Shown: piece by piece, positions 37,824 through 49,006 of the stretch
Layout of the letters: each line of letters opens with the position of its first letter
Numbering within the stretch: position 1 is the first letter of the stretch
Assembly: GCA_900617105.1 (NCBI GenBank)
Contig: UYFQ01000006.1
Location: forward strand, 434,001 to 498,000
DNA length: 64,000 nt
Source of the DNA: Hydrurus foetidus
Taxonomy: Eukaryota
Direction of reading: 5' to 3'
Made by a program: the position numbers and the translations under genes
Notes under the pieces: generated by a model
The model's input: only the letters and a program-made list of their open reading frames with translations
The model's database searches: none
What the model was told of the DNA's origin: nothing

Positions 37824-39107
37824 ATGAAGCGCGGTTTTTTCACCATCATGGCAGCGCAGTTTTTCAGCTCGCTGGCGGACAACGCCTTGTTTGTCGCGGC
37901 TGTAGAACTCATGCGAGCCGCCCATGCGCCCGAATGGCAGCAAGCCGTTTTGGTGCCGATGTTCGCGTTCTTTTACGTGGTGCTCGCGCCTTTTGTTGGG
38001 GCGTTTGCCGATGCCAAACCCAAAGGTCAGGTGATGTTCATCAGCAACGCCATCAAGGTGGTGGGCTGCTTGATGATGCTGTTCGGTGTGCAACCCCTGT
38101 TCGCCTACGCCATCGTGGGCCTGGGTGCTGCGGCCTACTCGCCTGCCAAATACGGCATCTTGACGGAGCTGCTGCCCGCATCTCAGCTGGTCAAGGCGAA
38201 TGGCTGGATTGAAGGCCTCACCATCGCCTCCATCATTTTGGGCATTTTGCTGGGTGGCCAGTTGGTAGGCCATGCTGTGGCGGCCAAGATGCTGACATTT
38301 GATTTTCCGTTGTTCGACACCGGTATCGACACCGCCCCCGAGTTGGCGATCACCCTGCTGATTTCGATTTACGCGCTGGCAGCGTGGTTCAACACCCGCA
38401 TCCCCCTCACCGGCGTGGAAATGCGCCCCATCCCGCAGAACCCGCTCGCGTTGCTGCCTGATTTTTGGTCGTGCAACATGCGGCTGTGGCGCGACAAACT
38501 GGGGCAAATCTCACTCGCCACCACCACGCTGTTTTGGGGCGTGGGCGGCAACCTGAAATACATCGTGCTGGCTTGGGCGGCAGCCAACTTGAGCTACAGC
38601 ACCACACAAGCGACAGCACTGCAAGGCGTGGTGTCGGTGGGGCTGGCTGTGGGGGCGGTGGTGGCATCCATGCGAATGCGCCTGGACATGGCCACCCGCG
38701 TCATCCCGCTGGGCGTGGCGATGGGTCTGATGCTGATAGCGCTCAACGCCATCACCAATGTCTGGGTGGCAGTGCCCTTTTTGATTTTGCTGGGCGGTGC
38801 AGCAGGCTTTTTGGTGGTGCCGATGAACGCACTGCTGCAACACCGGGGCCATAACCTGATGGGCGCGGGCCGCTCGATTGCGGTGCAAAACTTCAACGAA
38901 CAGGCCTGTATTTTTGTGCTGGGCACGCTCTACAGCTTCTCGATTGGCATGGGTCTTTCGTCCTTTGGGGCCATCGTCGGCTTTGGGTTGGTGATAGCGG
39001 TGCTGATGTACGTCATCAAACGCTGGCATGAGCACAACTGCCAAAAGTACCCGCAAGAGCTGCAACACCTGCTGGAGATTGCCCGTAACGACAATCTGCA
39101 TGGCTGA
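37824..39107 (+). CDS. lplT: Lysophospholipid transporter (MFS)
   Basis: AQFFSSLADNAL, YSPAKYG, VVPMNALLQHRG, AVQNFNE. Confidence 0.9.
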   Translation: MKRGFFTIMAAQFFSSLADNALFVAAVELMRAAHAPEWQQAVLVPMFAFFYVVLAPFVGAFADAKPKGQVMFISNAIKVVGCLMMLFGVQPLFAYAIVGLGAAAYSPAKYGILTELLPASQLVKANGWIEGLTIASIILGILLGGQLVGHAVAAKMLTFDFPLFDTGIDTAPELAITLLISIYALAAWFNTRIPLTGVEMRPIPQNPLALLPDFWSCNMRLWRDKLGQISLATTTLFWGVGGNLKYIVLAWAAANLSYSTTQATALQGVVSVGLAVGAVVASMRMRLDMATRVIPLGVAMGLMLIALNAITNVWVAVPFLILLGGAAGFLVVPMNALLQHRGHNLMGAGRSIAVQNFNEQACIFVLGTLYSFSIGMGLSSFGAIVGFGLVIAVLMYVIKRWHEHNCQKYPQELQHLLEIARNDNLHG

Positions 39108-39149
39108 TTGCACGACTGACACCCCTTCACCCCGCCCAAGGACATCCCC

Positions 39150-39635
39150 ATGACCACTGTTTACGATTTTGAAGCCCTGCAAATCAACGGCAAAACCACG
39201 CCCCTGAAGCAGTTCAAAGGCCAGGTCATGCTGATCGTCAACACCGCCAGCGCCTGCGGCTTCACGCCCCAGTTTGGCGGGCTGGAGAAGCTGCACCAAA
39301 GCTATGGCGGCAAAGGCTTGGTGGTGATGGGCTTCCCGTGCAACCAGTTTGCGTCACAAGACAAAGGCTCGAACGACGAGATCGCCAGCTTTTGCCAACT
39401 GAACTACGGCGTGAGCTTCCCGATGATGGAAAAAATCAACGTCAACGGCTCCGATGCCCACCCGCTGTACCAGTGGCTGGTGAACGAAGCCCCAGGGCTG
39501 CTGGGCTTCAAGGCGGTGAAGTGGAACTTCACCAAGTTCTTGGTCGGCAAAGACGGCCACGTCATCAAACGCTACGCCCCGACGGACGCGCCCGAGAAGA
39601 TGGGCAAAGACATTGAGGCGGCGCTGGCCGCCTGA
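39150..39635 (+). CDS. Glutathione peroxidase family protein
   Basis: VNTASACG, FPCNQF, WNFTKF. Confidence 0.95.
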   Translation: MTTVYDFEALQINGKTTPLKQFKGQVMLIVNTASACGFTPQFGGLEKLHQSYGGKGLVVMGFPCNQFASQDKGSNDEIASFCQLNYGVSFPMMEKINVNGSDAHPLYQWLVNEAPGLLGFKAVKWNFTKFLVGKDGHVIKRYAPTDAPEKMGKDIEAALAA

Positions 39636-39659
39636 GTTTTTCAGCCGACAGGCCACGGG

Positions 39660-40913
39660 CTATGCCGCCAGCGCATCGTCCAGCAACTCCACCCAATGCC
39701 GCACCGGTGTCGCCGTGCCGCTCTGCAAATGCGTGATGCAACCGATGTTGGCGGACGCTATCACTTTCGGGATCATTTCATTCAACACACCCAGTTTGCG
39801 GTCACGCAGTTGGTAGGCCAAATCGGGGTTCAGCACCGAGTACGTGCCCGCTGAGCCGCAGCACAAATGCGCCTCGCAGCGAGCGGTATTGAGCGTGAAA
39901 CCCAAATCCCCCAAGTGCTTTTCAACCCCGCCGCGCAACTGCTGACCGTGTTGCAACGTACAAGGGGGGTGGAAAGCAATTTGCCCCATATCCCCAGCCT
40001 TGGCCGCTTGCAGCCGCCCTTGCAACGCAGGCACCCAATCGGGCAGCAGCTCGCTCAGGTCTTTCGTGAGTGCGCTGATTCGTTGGGCTTTGGCGGCATA
40101 AACCGGGTCGTCTTGCAAGATGTGGCCGTAGTCTTTGACGGTGACACCGCAGCCGGAAGCGTTCATCACGATGGCTTCTGTGGCACCGGATCCGTCCACC
40201 GCCCCCTCCACATAAGGCCACCAAGCGTCAATATTGGCCCGCATGTGGGCTTTGCCGCCCTCTTGGTCGTTCAGGTGAAATTTGACGGCACCGCAGCAAC
40301 CGGCTTTAGGAGCAATGACGGTTTGCACACCCACCGCGTCCAGCACGCGGGCAGTGGCGACGTTGATGTTAGGCATCATCGCGGGCTGCACGCACCCAGC
40401 CAGCATCAGCACTTTGCGGGCGTGCGTAGCGGTGGGCCAAGCGCGGGTGGTTTGCTTGGGCGGCACTTTATTTTTCAGGCTGTCAGGCAGCAAACCGCGC
40501 ACGGCTTGGCCGACTTTCATGGCAGGGCCAAAGAGCGGGGAAGGCAAACCTTCTTTCAAAGCCCAACGCAGGGCCTTTTCTGCCACAGGGCGCTCGACTT
40601 TGGCATCCACAATTTTGCGGCCAATGTCGATCAAATGCCCATACTGCACGCCGCTGGGGCAGGTGCTTTCGCAGTTGCGGCAGGTGAGGCAGCGGTCAAG
40701 GTGAAGCTGGGTTTTGCGGGTGGGCGTTTGGCCCTCCAGCACCTGCTTCATCAGGTAGATGCGCCCACGCGGGCCGTCCAGCTCGTCGCCCAGCAACTGG
40801 TAGGTGGGGCAGGTGGCCGTGCAAAAGCCGCAATGCACGCATTTGCGCAGGATGGCTTCGGCAGCAAGGCCGTCAGCCGTGTTTTGGAATTCGGGGGCGA
40901 GGTGGGTTTGCAT
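39660..40913 (-). CDS. glcF: Glycolate oxidase Fe-S subunit
   Basis: CVHCGFC, CLTCRNCESTCPSG, CCG domains. Confidence 0.95.
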   Translation of the reverse strand: MQTHLAPEFQNTADGLAAEAILRKCVHCGFCTATCPTYQLLGDELDGPRGRIYLMKQVLEGQTPTRKTQLHLDRCLTCRNCESTCPSGVQYGHLIDIGRKIVDAKVERPVAEKALRWALKEGLPSPLFGPAMKVGQAVRGLLPDSLKNKVPPKQTTRAWPTATHARKVLMLAGCVQPAMMPNINVATARVLDAVGVQTVIAPKAGCCGAVKFHLNDQEGGKAHMRANIDAWWPYVEGAVDGSGATEAIVMNASGCGVTVKDYGHILQDDPVYAAKAQRISALTKDLSELLPDWVPALQGRLQAAKAGDMGQIAFHPPCTLQHGQQLRGGVEKHLGDLGFTLNTARCEAHLCCGSAGTYSVLNPDLAYQLRDRKLGVLNEMIPKVIASANIGCITHLQSGTATPVRHWVELLDDALAA

Positions 40914-40922
40914 GGTGACTGT

Positions 40923-42110
40923 TTAAAAGCTGCTGTACAGCCGCCCCCGGTTGAAAATGCCCGCAGGGTCGAACTCGGCTTTCAGTTGCTTGTGGATGCG
41001 GTCTAGGGGCGTTGGCAGAGGCGTAAACACATCAAATTCGCCGTATGTCGAGTTTTTATCTTCGCTAGCAGCTACAAAAACAGTAGCATGCCCTCTGGCC
41101 TTGGCAGCCACGTCCCGCAGTGTTTGTGCCGCTGACAGCGGTGCCCACAGCCAGCGCAAAGCACCGTGCCATTCGACGAACTGGGGCCAGGGCAAGTCCA
41201 ACACGGGGGCGGTTTGGGCGACGCTCAGGCGCCACAGGGCCATGTCGGGGGCGGGGCGGGTGAAGAAGGGGAGTTGGTGGTCGCGGCAGGCGTGCCAATC
41301 CATACTCGTGGCCTCGGCGGCATTGTCCAGACGGTGGGCTTGGGTGGTTGCGGAGGATTCACTCAGCAGCTTGTGGCAGGCGGTTTCGACGGCGGCTACG
41401 GCTCCACGCAGGCGCAGGGTGAGCGTGCCCTGCCCGCTGCGGGGGGTATCGCTGGCCTCGTTGGCCTCATTAACCCAGTAGCTGGCGTTCAGTGGCAGGG
41501 GTTGCCCGCCCCAGCGGTGGAGGTGGCTCAAGGCTTCGGCTTGGCTCATGGTGAATCGCAAGGTGGCAACGGCTGGGGGCAGGGGCAGCACTTTGAGGGA
41601 CACGTCCACCAGCAGGCCCAGGGTGCCCATCGCGCCCACCATCACGCGGCTCACGTCGTAACCGGCGACGTTTTTGATGACTTCGCCGCCAAAGCGCAGC
41701 AGCTCGCCACGGCCATTCAGCAGGGTGACACCCAGCACATGGTCGCGCACCGAGCCTGCACTGGCGCGGGCAGGGCCATTCAGGCCGCAGGCAACCATGC
41801 CGCCTACCGTGGCATGGCCTGATGACCACGCATAGTGCGGCGGCTCGAAGGGGAGGTACTGGCCGCTGGCGGCGAGCACGGCTTCTAACTCGGCCAAAGG
41901 GGTGCCGCTGCGCACGGTGACGACGAGTTCACTGGGGTCGTGGTTGACGATGCCGCTCAGCGCCGTGGTGTCCAGCTCGTCGCCTTGCAAGTGCTGGGCG
42001 TAAAAGTCTTTGGAGCCACCACCGCGCAGGCGCAGGGGTGTGCGGGTGGCTGAAGCGGCACGGATGCGCTCGCGCAGATGGTCTAAGGTGGGGGCAATGT
42101 CCGGGTTCAT
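40923..42110 (-). CDS. glcE: Glycolate oxidase FAD subunit
   Basis: GGGSKDF, FEPP, GGEVIKNVAGYD, FDPAGIFNRGR. Confidence 0.93.
   Translation of the reverse strand: MNPDIAPTLDHLRERIRAASATRTPLRLRGGGSKDFYAQHLQGDELDTTALSGIVNHDPSELVVTVRSGTPLAELEAVLAASGQYLPFEPPHYAWSSGHATVGGMVACGLNGPARASAGSVRDHVLGVTLLNGRGELLRFGGEVIKNVAGYDVSRVMVGAMGTLGLLVDVSLKVLPLPPAVATLRFTMSQAEALSHLHRWGGQPLPLNASYWVNEANEASDTPRSGQGTLTLRLRGAVAAVETACHKLLSESSATTQAHRLDNAAEATSMDWHACRDHQLPFFTRPAPDMALWRLSVAQTAPVLDLPWPQFVEWHGALRWLWAPLSAAQTLRDVAAKARGHATVFVAASEDKNSTYGEFDVFTPLPTPLDRIHKQLKAEFDPAGIFNRGRLYSSF
41033..41087 (-). repeat. Dispersed 55-bp element copy (inside glcE)
   Basis: Head GCTACTGTTTTTGTAGC (perfect 5-bp inverted repeat), TTTG ending at +38. 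Confidence 0.7.
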
Positions 42111-42185
42111 GGCGATGGATGGTAGCGCTTTGCAGCACCCTTGGGCCACGCTTGCCAGGACGCGGCCTTGTGATCTTTTTGAGAG

Positions 42186-43106
42186 CTATCCGCGAAAGAA
42201 ATTCACAGACAAGCCAGGGGTGCCCAAGCGGGTGGAGAAGACGCAGCCTGATTGTGGGAAGGCGGCCAATTCGACAGCGCTGCGGTTGTGGCGGGCGCTG
42301 GTGACATAGAGCGTCTTCAGGTCGTCCCCACCGAAAGCGGGCATGGTGGGGCACAGCGCGGGGGTGGCGATTTCGTCGAGCAATTCGCCCGTGGGCGAGA
42401 GTTTGACGACACGGCCTCCCTCGAACATGGCGGCCCAGTAGTTGCCCTCGGTGTCCACCGATCCGCCATCGGGGCGACCACCGTAGTGGCCCATGCCTGC
42501 GCCATACGTCCAGCCTGCGGGCTTCATGGCGAACTGGTGGAACACGCGGGGGCGGCTCATGGTGTTGGTGTCGGCATCCCAATCCCAGGCCCGGATGGCG
42601 TGCTGGGGGGTGTCTGTCCAGTAGACGGTGCGGTTGTCCGGCGACCATGCGAGGCCGTTGGCGATGGTGACACCGCTGGCTTTGGCGGCGTAGATCGGGG
42701 CGCCGGGGGCGCGGCAATCCAGGCTGTAGAGCGTGCCCAGGGCTTGGTCGCGCGGCTCGTACATGGTGCCCGCCCAGAAGCGGCCCAGGGTGTCGCATTT
42801 GCCGTCGTTGAAACGGGTGGTGGCGGTGTCGTAGTCCACGCTTTGAATCAAGCTCAACTCGCCTGCCCATTGTGTAGCGCGGTAGATGCCGTTGCGCAGG
42901 GCCAGCACCAAGCCACCGCCCAGTGCGGGGGCGATGCAACCGGGGGCAGCGGGCAACGCCCATTGCTCGATGTCACCGGTGTAGCCGTTGGCACGCAGCA
43001 CACAGTGGCTGTCAATGTCGACCCAGTAGAGCGACTGCTCTTGGGGGTGCCAAAAAGGGGATTCACCCAGCTTGCAGGTGTGGGAGTTGAGGGCTGTCAT
43101 CGCCAT
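42186..43106 (-). CDS. SMP-30/gluconolactonase family protein
   Basis: LGESPFW, RFNDG, NGLAWSPD, PDG, FGG. Confidence 0.92.
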   Translation of the reverse strand: MAMTALNSHTCKLGESPFWHPQEQSLYWVDIDSHCVLRANGYTGDIEQWALPAAPGCIAPALGGGLVLALRNGIYRATQWAGELSLIQSVDYDTATTRFNDGKCDTLGRFWAGTMYEPRDQALGTLYSLDCRAPGAPIYAAKASGVTIANGLAWSPDNRTVYWTDTPQHAIRAWDWDADTNTMSRPRVFHQFAMKPAGWTYGAGMGHYGGRPDGGSVDTEGNYWAAMFEGGRVVKLSPTGELLDEIATPALCPTMPAFGGDDLKTLYVTSARHNRSAVELAAFPQSGCVFSTRLGTPGLSVNFFRG

Positions 43107-43202
43107 GGCTTTAAATCTCCTGGGGGTTGTCTGTGTGCTTGTGCGTAGAGCTGTCCCGGCGATTGTGCCCGGCCTTCCAACGGGTCAGGGCACCCTAAGG
43201 CC

Positions 43203-44114
43203 TCAAAATGCACAAGTCGCAGCTTGCGCCAGGCCAGCGCCCTGCTCCTGAACAAAGTGCCCACCCGTGGCGATTTGCAGCGGTTCTGGGCAATGTCGGA
43301 TGTTGTCTTTGAGCACTTGCATCACATCCCAGCCCAACACCGGGTCACGCATGCCAATGCCCATCACGGTCTTCCCATGCCAACGGTTTCGCCAAAAATC
43401 ACGGGCTTCGCGCGAAGTTTTTGCCCCATCAGCATCGGGACTGTCTGGCACCATGGGCGGAAAAGCGCGTGTCGCAGCGCGGTAGGTGGCATCCGGAAAC
43501 GGTGCCATATAGGCTGCACATTCCTCGACTGACATCAACTTGTCTCCTCGCGCCATGAGCCGAGCAATGTCAAACTCTGGGCTCTTTGCACACATGTCTT
43601 TCCAAGCCAGGAAACCGTCTGACAGCGGCTGATCTCCGGTGCCCAGTGTGGTGTTCATCACCAGCAAGCCCTCGTAACGTTCAGGGGCATCCATGGGCAA
43701 GGTCAGCCCCAAGATACCGCCCCAGTCCTGCACAACCAGAATGACGCGCTTCAGATTCAAGCGCTCGACAAACTCCAGCAAAACCTGTCGGTGCCACGTG
43801 AAGGTATGGGCTGATGCATCCAGAAGCTTGTCGCTCTTTCCAAAACCAACCATGTCCGGGGCAACAACGCGATGCCCAGCGGCCAAGAACACAGGAATCA
43901 TCTTGCGGTAGAGGTAACTCCAAGCGGGGTTGCCATGCAGGCACAAATACGTCAAACGGGCATCACGCGGGCCTTCGTCCACAAAGTGCAGGCGTAAACC
44001 GCCCAGCGCTGGCAGTTCATTCAGGTAGTGTGCTGACCAGGGGTAGTCAGGCAAGTTGTCAAAGCAGGTGTCCGGCGTGCGCACTGCGTCTTTGCGTAAG
44101 GGGAAATGACTCAT
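43203..44114 (-). CDS. Haloalkane dehalogenase (DhlA-like alpha/beta hydrolase)
   Basis: RTPD..F..LPDYP, LHGNP.WSYLYR, nucleophile QDWGG, GHFVQE. Confidence 0.85.
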   Translation of the reverse strand: MSHFPLRKDAVRTPDTCFDNLPDYPWSAHYLNELPALGGLRLHFVDEGPRDARLTYLCLHGNPAWSYLYRKMIPVFLAAGHRVVAPDMVGFGKSDKLLDASAHTFTWHRQVLLEFVERLNLKRVILVVQDWGGILGLTLPMDAPERYEGLLVMNTTLGTGDQPLSDGFLAWKDMCAKSPEFDIARLMARGDKLMSVEECAAYMAPFPDATYRAATRAFPPMVPDSPDADGAKTSREARDFWRNRWHGKTVMGIGMRDPVLGWDVMQVLKDNIRHCPEPLQIATGGHFVQEQGAGLAQAATCAF

Positions 44115-44262
44115 GGGTACAACCTTTGGCGGTAGGGCTTATTAAGCATTCATTTAATCGCATCTCAAGCGCCTTCGCCTACGGCACGATCAGGAACCAC
44201 CCGATGGAAACCTGATTGGATTGTCCGGTTGTATTCTTGACTTGCGGGTTCGTATTTGGGAC

Positions 44263-44287
44263 AAAAAAAGCCTGCACAAGGCAGGCC
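44263..44287 (-). terminator. Intrinsic terminator after amtB
   Basis: GCCTGC/GCAGGC stem followed by T7 on the minus strand. Confidence 0.75.
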
Positions 44288-44367
44288 TAAAGTCAAAAGA
44301 GACTCTCTCGCAACAAACTCTGTCAAGGTGCGAACAGCAAGGTTGCCCCTGCTGTTCGCGTTCAGGC

Positions 44368-45921
44368 TTAACGGTTGTAAGCGGTTTCGCCGTGTGAGGT
44401 GATGTCCAAGCCTTCGCGCTCTTCCTCTTCAGGTACGCGCAGACCGATCACCAAATCAACCAACTTGAACGCGACAACCGACACCACACCCGACCACACG
44501 ATGGTGATGAGCACGGCTTTGGCTTGGATCCACACTTGAGCGGCGATGGAGTACGCATCAGGCGTGACCATCGTGGCAGTGACCCAATCGGCCACAAAGC
44601 CAGGGCCGCCCATGCCAGGAGCGTTGAACACGCCGGTCAACAACGCACCCAAGATACCGCCCACGCCGTGAACGCCAAACACGTCCAAGGTGTCGTCAGC
44701 GCCCAGCATCTTCTTCAGACCGGTCACACCCCACAGGCAAGCGAAACCAGCGATCAGGCCAATAATCAACGCACCACCGATACCGACGTTGCCCGCAGCA
44801 GGCGTTACCGCCACCAAGCCAGCCACAGCACCGGATGCCGCGCCCAACATGGAAGCTTTGCCCTTGTGCAGCGCTTCACCGGCAGACCATGACAGCACCG
44901 CAGCAGCAGCAGCCACCAAGGTGTTGATGAAGGCCAAACCTGCGAAACCATTGGCTTCGAGTGCGGAGCCGGCGTTGAAACCGAACCAACCCACCCACAG
45001 CAAGGCGGAACCGACCATCGTCAGCGTCAGGCTGTGAGGAGCCATCGCTTCTTTGCCGTAACCGATGCGCTTGCCGATCATGAACGCACCAACCAAACCC
45101 GCCACTGCGGCGTTGATGTGAACCACCGTGCCGCCAGCGAAGTCCAGCGCGCCAGACTGCCAGAGGTAGCCGGCTTTGCCGTTCATCGCATCGACCACTT
45201 CTTTGCCGGTGTACGCATCAGGGCCCATCCAGAACCACACCATGTGGGCAATCGGGGTGTAGCTGAAAGTGAACCACAGCACCATGAAGGCCAGCATGGC
45301 GGAGAACTTGATGCGCTCTGCGAAGGAACCGACGATCAGCGCACAAGTGATGCCCGCGAAGGTGGCTTGAAAGGCGGCGAAGACGATTTCAGGAATCACA
45401 ACGCCTTTGCTGAACGTAGCGGCGTTGGCAAACGTGCCAGCCACATTGTCCCAAGTGCCCTTCATGAACAAGCGGTCAAAGCCACCAATGAAGGCATTGC
45501 CCTCAGTGAACGCCAAGCTGTAGCCGTAGACCATCCACAGCACAATGATGAGCGAGAACGTGACCATGACCTGCATCAGCACGGACAGCATGTTCTTGCT
45601 GCGTACCAAGCCGCCGTAGAACAGCGCCAAACCGGGCACCGTCATCAAGATGACGAGCAAGGTAGAGACCATCATCCAGGCGGTGTCGCCTTTGTTGGGC
45701 ACGGGTGCAGGTGCGGCAGCGGCGGCAGCAGGAGCGGTGTCAGTAGCCGCAGCGGATGCTGGCGCGGCAGGAGCAGCGGCAGCTGGTGCAGACGCAGCGG
45801 GTGCGGCAGGGGCAGATGCAGTCGCAGCGGCGGCCTCAGGTTTGGCATCTTCGGCCACAGCCATGCCACCAAACGCCAGCAGGCTCATGCCCAGCGCGAG
45901 GGTTGCAAGTAGTTTTTTCAT
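44368..45921 (-). CDS. amtB: Ammonium transporter
   Basis: GLALFYGG, FQATFA, DFAGGTVVH, WFGFNAGS, HGVGG. Confidence 0.97.
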   Translation of the reverse strand: MKKLLATLALGMSLLAFGGMAVAEDAKPEAAAATASAPAAPAASAPAAAAPAAPASAAATDTAPAAAAAAPAPVPNKGDTAWMMVSTLLVILMTVPGLALFYGGLVRSKNMLSVLMQVMVTFSLIIVLWMVYGYSLAFTEGNAFIGGFDRLFMKGTWDNVAGTFANAATFSKGVVIPEIVFAAFQATFAGITCALIVGSFAERIKFSAMLAFMVLWFTFSYTPIAHMVWFWMGPDAYTGKEVVDAMNGKAGYLWQSGALDFAGGTVVHINAAVAGLVGAFMIGKRIGYGKEAMAPHSLTLTMVGSALLWVGWFGFNAGSALEANGFAGLAFINTLVAAAAAVLSWSAGEALHKGKASMLGAASGAVAGLVAVTPAAGNVGIGGALIIGLIAGFACLWGVTGLKKMLGADDTLDVFGVHGVGGILGALLTGVFNAPGMGGPGFVADWVTATMVTPDAYSIAAQVWIQAKAVLITIVWSGVVSVVAFKLVDLVIGLRVPEEEEREGLDITSHGETAYNR

Positions 45922-45946
45922 GGGGCTTCTTCTTTCCTGAATCTGA

Positions 45947-47072
<1,126 letters not shown>

Positions 47073-47120
47073 AAAATTCTCCGTTGAGATCTGTGAAATG
47101 AAAATAAAGCGTTAAGGCTA

Positions 47121-47137
47121 AGCAGGGAGCGTGCCAA
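47121..47137 (-). promoter_or_regulatory. Sigma54 -24/-12 promoter
   Basis: Minus strand TTGGCACgctccCTGCT upstream of TorF-glnK-amtB. Confidence 0.85.
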
Positions 47138-47257
47138 AGTTCACAAATGCAGCATCGCTCGGGTTCGCACCACCTTGGCCCGCCCTTGGTTTGAGCGAAG
47201 ATATTGAGCATTTGCGATATGCCTGAGCCTTACTGCACGCGCCAGTTCAGCCCCTCC

Positions 47258-47311
47258 ATCTTATTTGCACCACATAGGTGCAAATAAGATGGAAAGCACC
47301 AAAATAATGCA
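47258..47311. promoter_or_regulatory. Tandem NtrC binding sites
   Basis: TGCACCACATAGGTGCA inside a perfect 14-bp inverted repeat, plus AGCACCAAAATAATGCA. Confidence 0.8.
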
Positions 47312-47338
47312 ATCAAACCACGCAGGAGTTCCCCCCCT

Positions 47339-48880
47339 ATGAGCCTCTCTTTGGTGCAAAGTCGAGCACTGCTGGGCTTGCAAGCCTTGGCGGTCACCGT
47401 TGAGGTTCACTTGGCCAACGGTCTGCCGAGCTTCACGCTGGTGGGTTTAGCAGAAGTGGAGGTCAAGGAAGCCCGCGAACGGGTGCGCTCAGCCATCCAA
47501 AACGCGGGTTTGGAGTTCCCGCACAACAAACGCATCATCGTCAACCTGGCACCAGCAGACCTGCCCAAGGACTCTGGCCGTTTTGATTTGGCGATCGCCT
47601 TGGGCATTTTGGCGGCCAGCGGACAAATTGATGCAGACAAGCTCGCGGGCTACGAGTTCGCGGGTGAGTTGTCGCTCTCTGGCCAGCTTCGCCCCGTGCG
47701 TGGCGCTTTGGCGATGAGCTTGGCTTTACACGGTCAAAAAGTGCAAACCCGTTTGGTTTTGCCACCAGAAAGCGCCGAAGAAGCCGCATTAGTACCTGGT
47801 GCCATGGTCTACCGAGCCGAGCATCTGCTGGATGTGGTGGCCCAATTTGTACCCAGTGGCTTTACGGGGGCCACCCACCCCGAACCTACCCAGGGCTGGC
47901 AAGCGCTGGCCTGCGTTACCTTGGCCAACACCAGCAGCTACCCCGATTTGAGTGATGTCAAGGGTCAAGCAGGCCCCAAACGCGCCCTGGAGATCGCCGC
48001 TGCGGGCGGGCACAGCGTGCTGATGGTGGGGCCGCCGGGTTCAGGTAAATCCTTGTTGGCCCAACGCTTCACAGGTCTGGTGCCTGCGATGACGGTGGAC
48101 GAAGCCCTGGAAAGTGCCGCCGTCGCCAGCCTCGCAGGGCGGTTTTCCCCCAGCAGTTGGGGCATCCGCCCCACCCGTCACCCGCACCACACGGCCAGTG
48201 CAGTGGCTTTGGTGGGCGGTGGCTCGCCACCACGCCCAGGTGAAATATCGCTAGCACACCACGGGGTGCTGTTTTTAGACGAGTTGCCCGAATTCCCCCG
48301 CAGCGCCCTCGAAGCCCTGCGTGAGCCGCTGGAAACAGGCAGCATCACCATCTCTCGTGCCGCGCAACGGGCCGAGTTCCCCGCTCGCTTTCAATTGATC
48401 GCCGCAATGAACCCTTGCCCCTGTGGCTACCTGGGCTCCACCCTGAAGCAATGCCGGTGCAGCCCAGATCAAGTCAGCCGCTACCAAGCCAAACTGAGCG
48501 GCCCGCTATTAGACCGAATTGACCTTTACGTGGAAATCGCCGCCCTGCCCGCCCAAGAGCTGCTGCAAGCCAGCACCAGCGAAGGGAGCGCCCCGGTTCG
48601 CAACCGCTGCACCCAAGCCCGCGCCATCGCCATGGCCCGTCAGGGCAGTTCAAACCAGGCCCTACAAGGCGCTGACATTGATGCTCACGTTCATCTTGAT
48701 CCGGCAGCCGTCAAGTTTTTGCAGACCGCCGCAGACCGCCTAGGCTGGTCAGCTCGCAGCACCCACCGGGCTTTGAAAGTCGCCCGTACTATTGCCGATT
48801 TGGCTGGTGCGCAACATACTCAACTCATTCATGTGGCCGAGGCTATTCAATACCGGCGCGCCTTGCAGCGCCAGGGCTAA
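47339..48880 (+). CDS. comM: YifB/ComM Mg-chelatase-like AAA+ ATPase
   Basis: VNLAPADLPK, GPPGSGKS, GEISLAHHGVLFLDE, MNPCPCG. Confidence 0.93.
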   Translation: MSLSLVQSRALLGLQALAVTVEVHLANGLPSFTLVGLAEVEVKEARERVRSAIQNAGLEFPHNKRIIVNLAPADLPKDSGRFDLAIALGILAASGQIDADKLAGYEFAGELSLSGQLRPVRGALAMSLALHGQKVQTRLVLPPESAEEAALVPGAMVYRAEHLLDVVAQFVPSGFTGATHPEPTQGWQALACVTLANTSSYPDLSDVKGQAGPKRALEIAAAGGHSVLMVGPPGSGKSLLAQRFTGLVPAMTVDEALESAAVASLAGRFSPSSWGIRPTRHPHHTASAVALVGGGSPPRPGEISLAHHGVLFLDELPEFPRSALEALREPLETGSITISRAAQRAEFPARFQLIAAMNPCPCGYLGSTLKQCRCSPDQVSRYQAKLSGPLLDRIDLYVEIAALPAQELLQASTSEGSAPVRNRCTQARAIAMARQGSSNQALQGADIDAHVHLDPAAVKFLQTAADRLGWSARSTHRALKVARTIADLAGAQHTQLIHVAEAIQYRRALQRQG

Positions 48881-49006
48881 CCAAATCTCAGCAAATAAAC
48901 GCAATGCCCTGCATTTCAACTGGTCATCCCATGAAAATAGGAAACGAACACTAACCGCCCTAAGATGCAGCCGCGTCTTGCCCTTTAACTGTTCGACACA
49001 GGAACT

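Noticed and set aside
45690..45850. Repetitive GCA/GCG-rich DNA
   Set aside because: Encodes the Ala/Pro-rich N-terminal linker of AmtB
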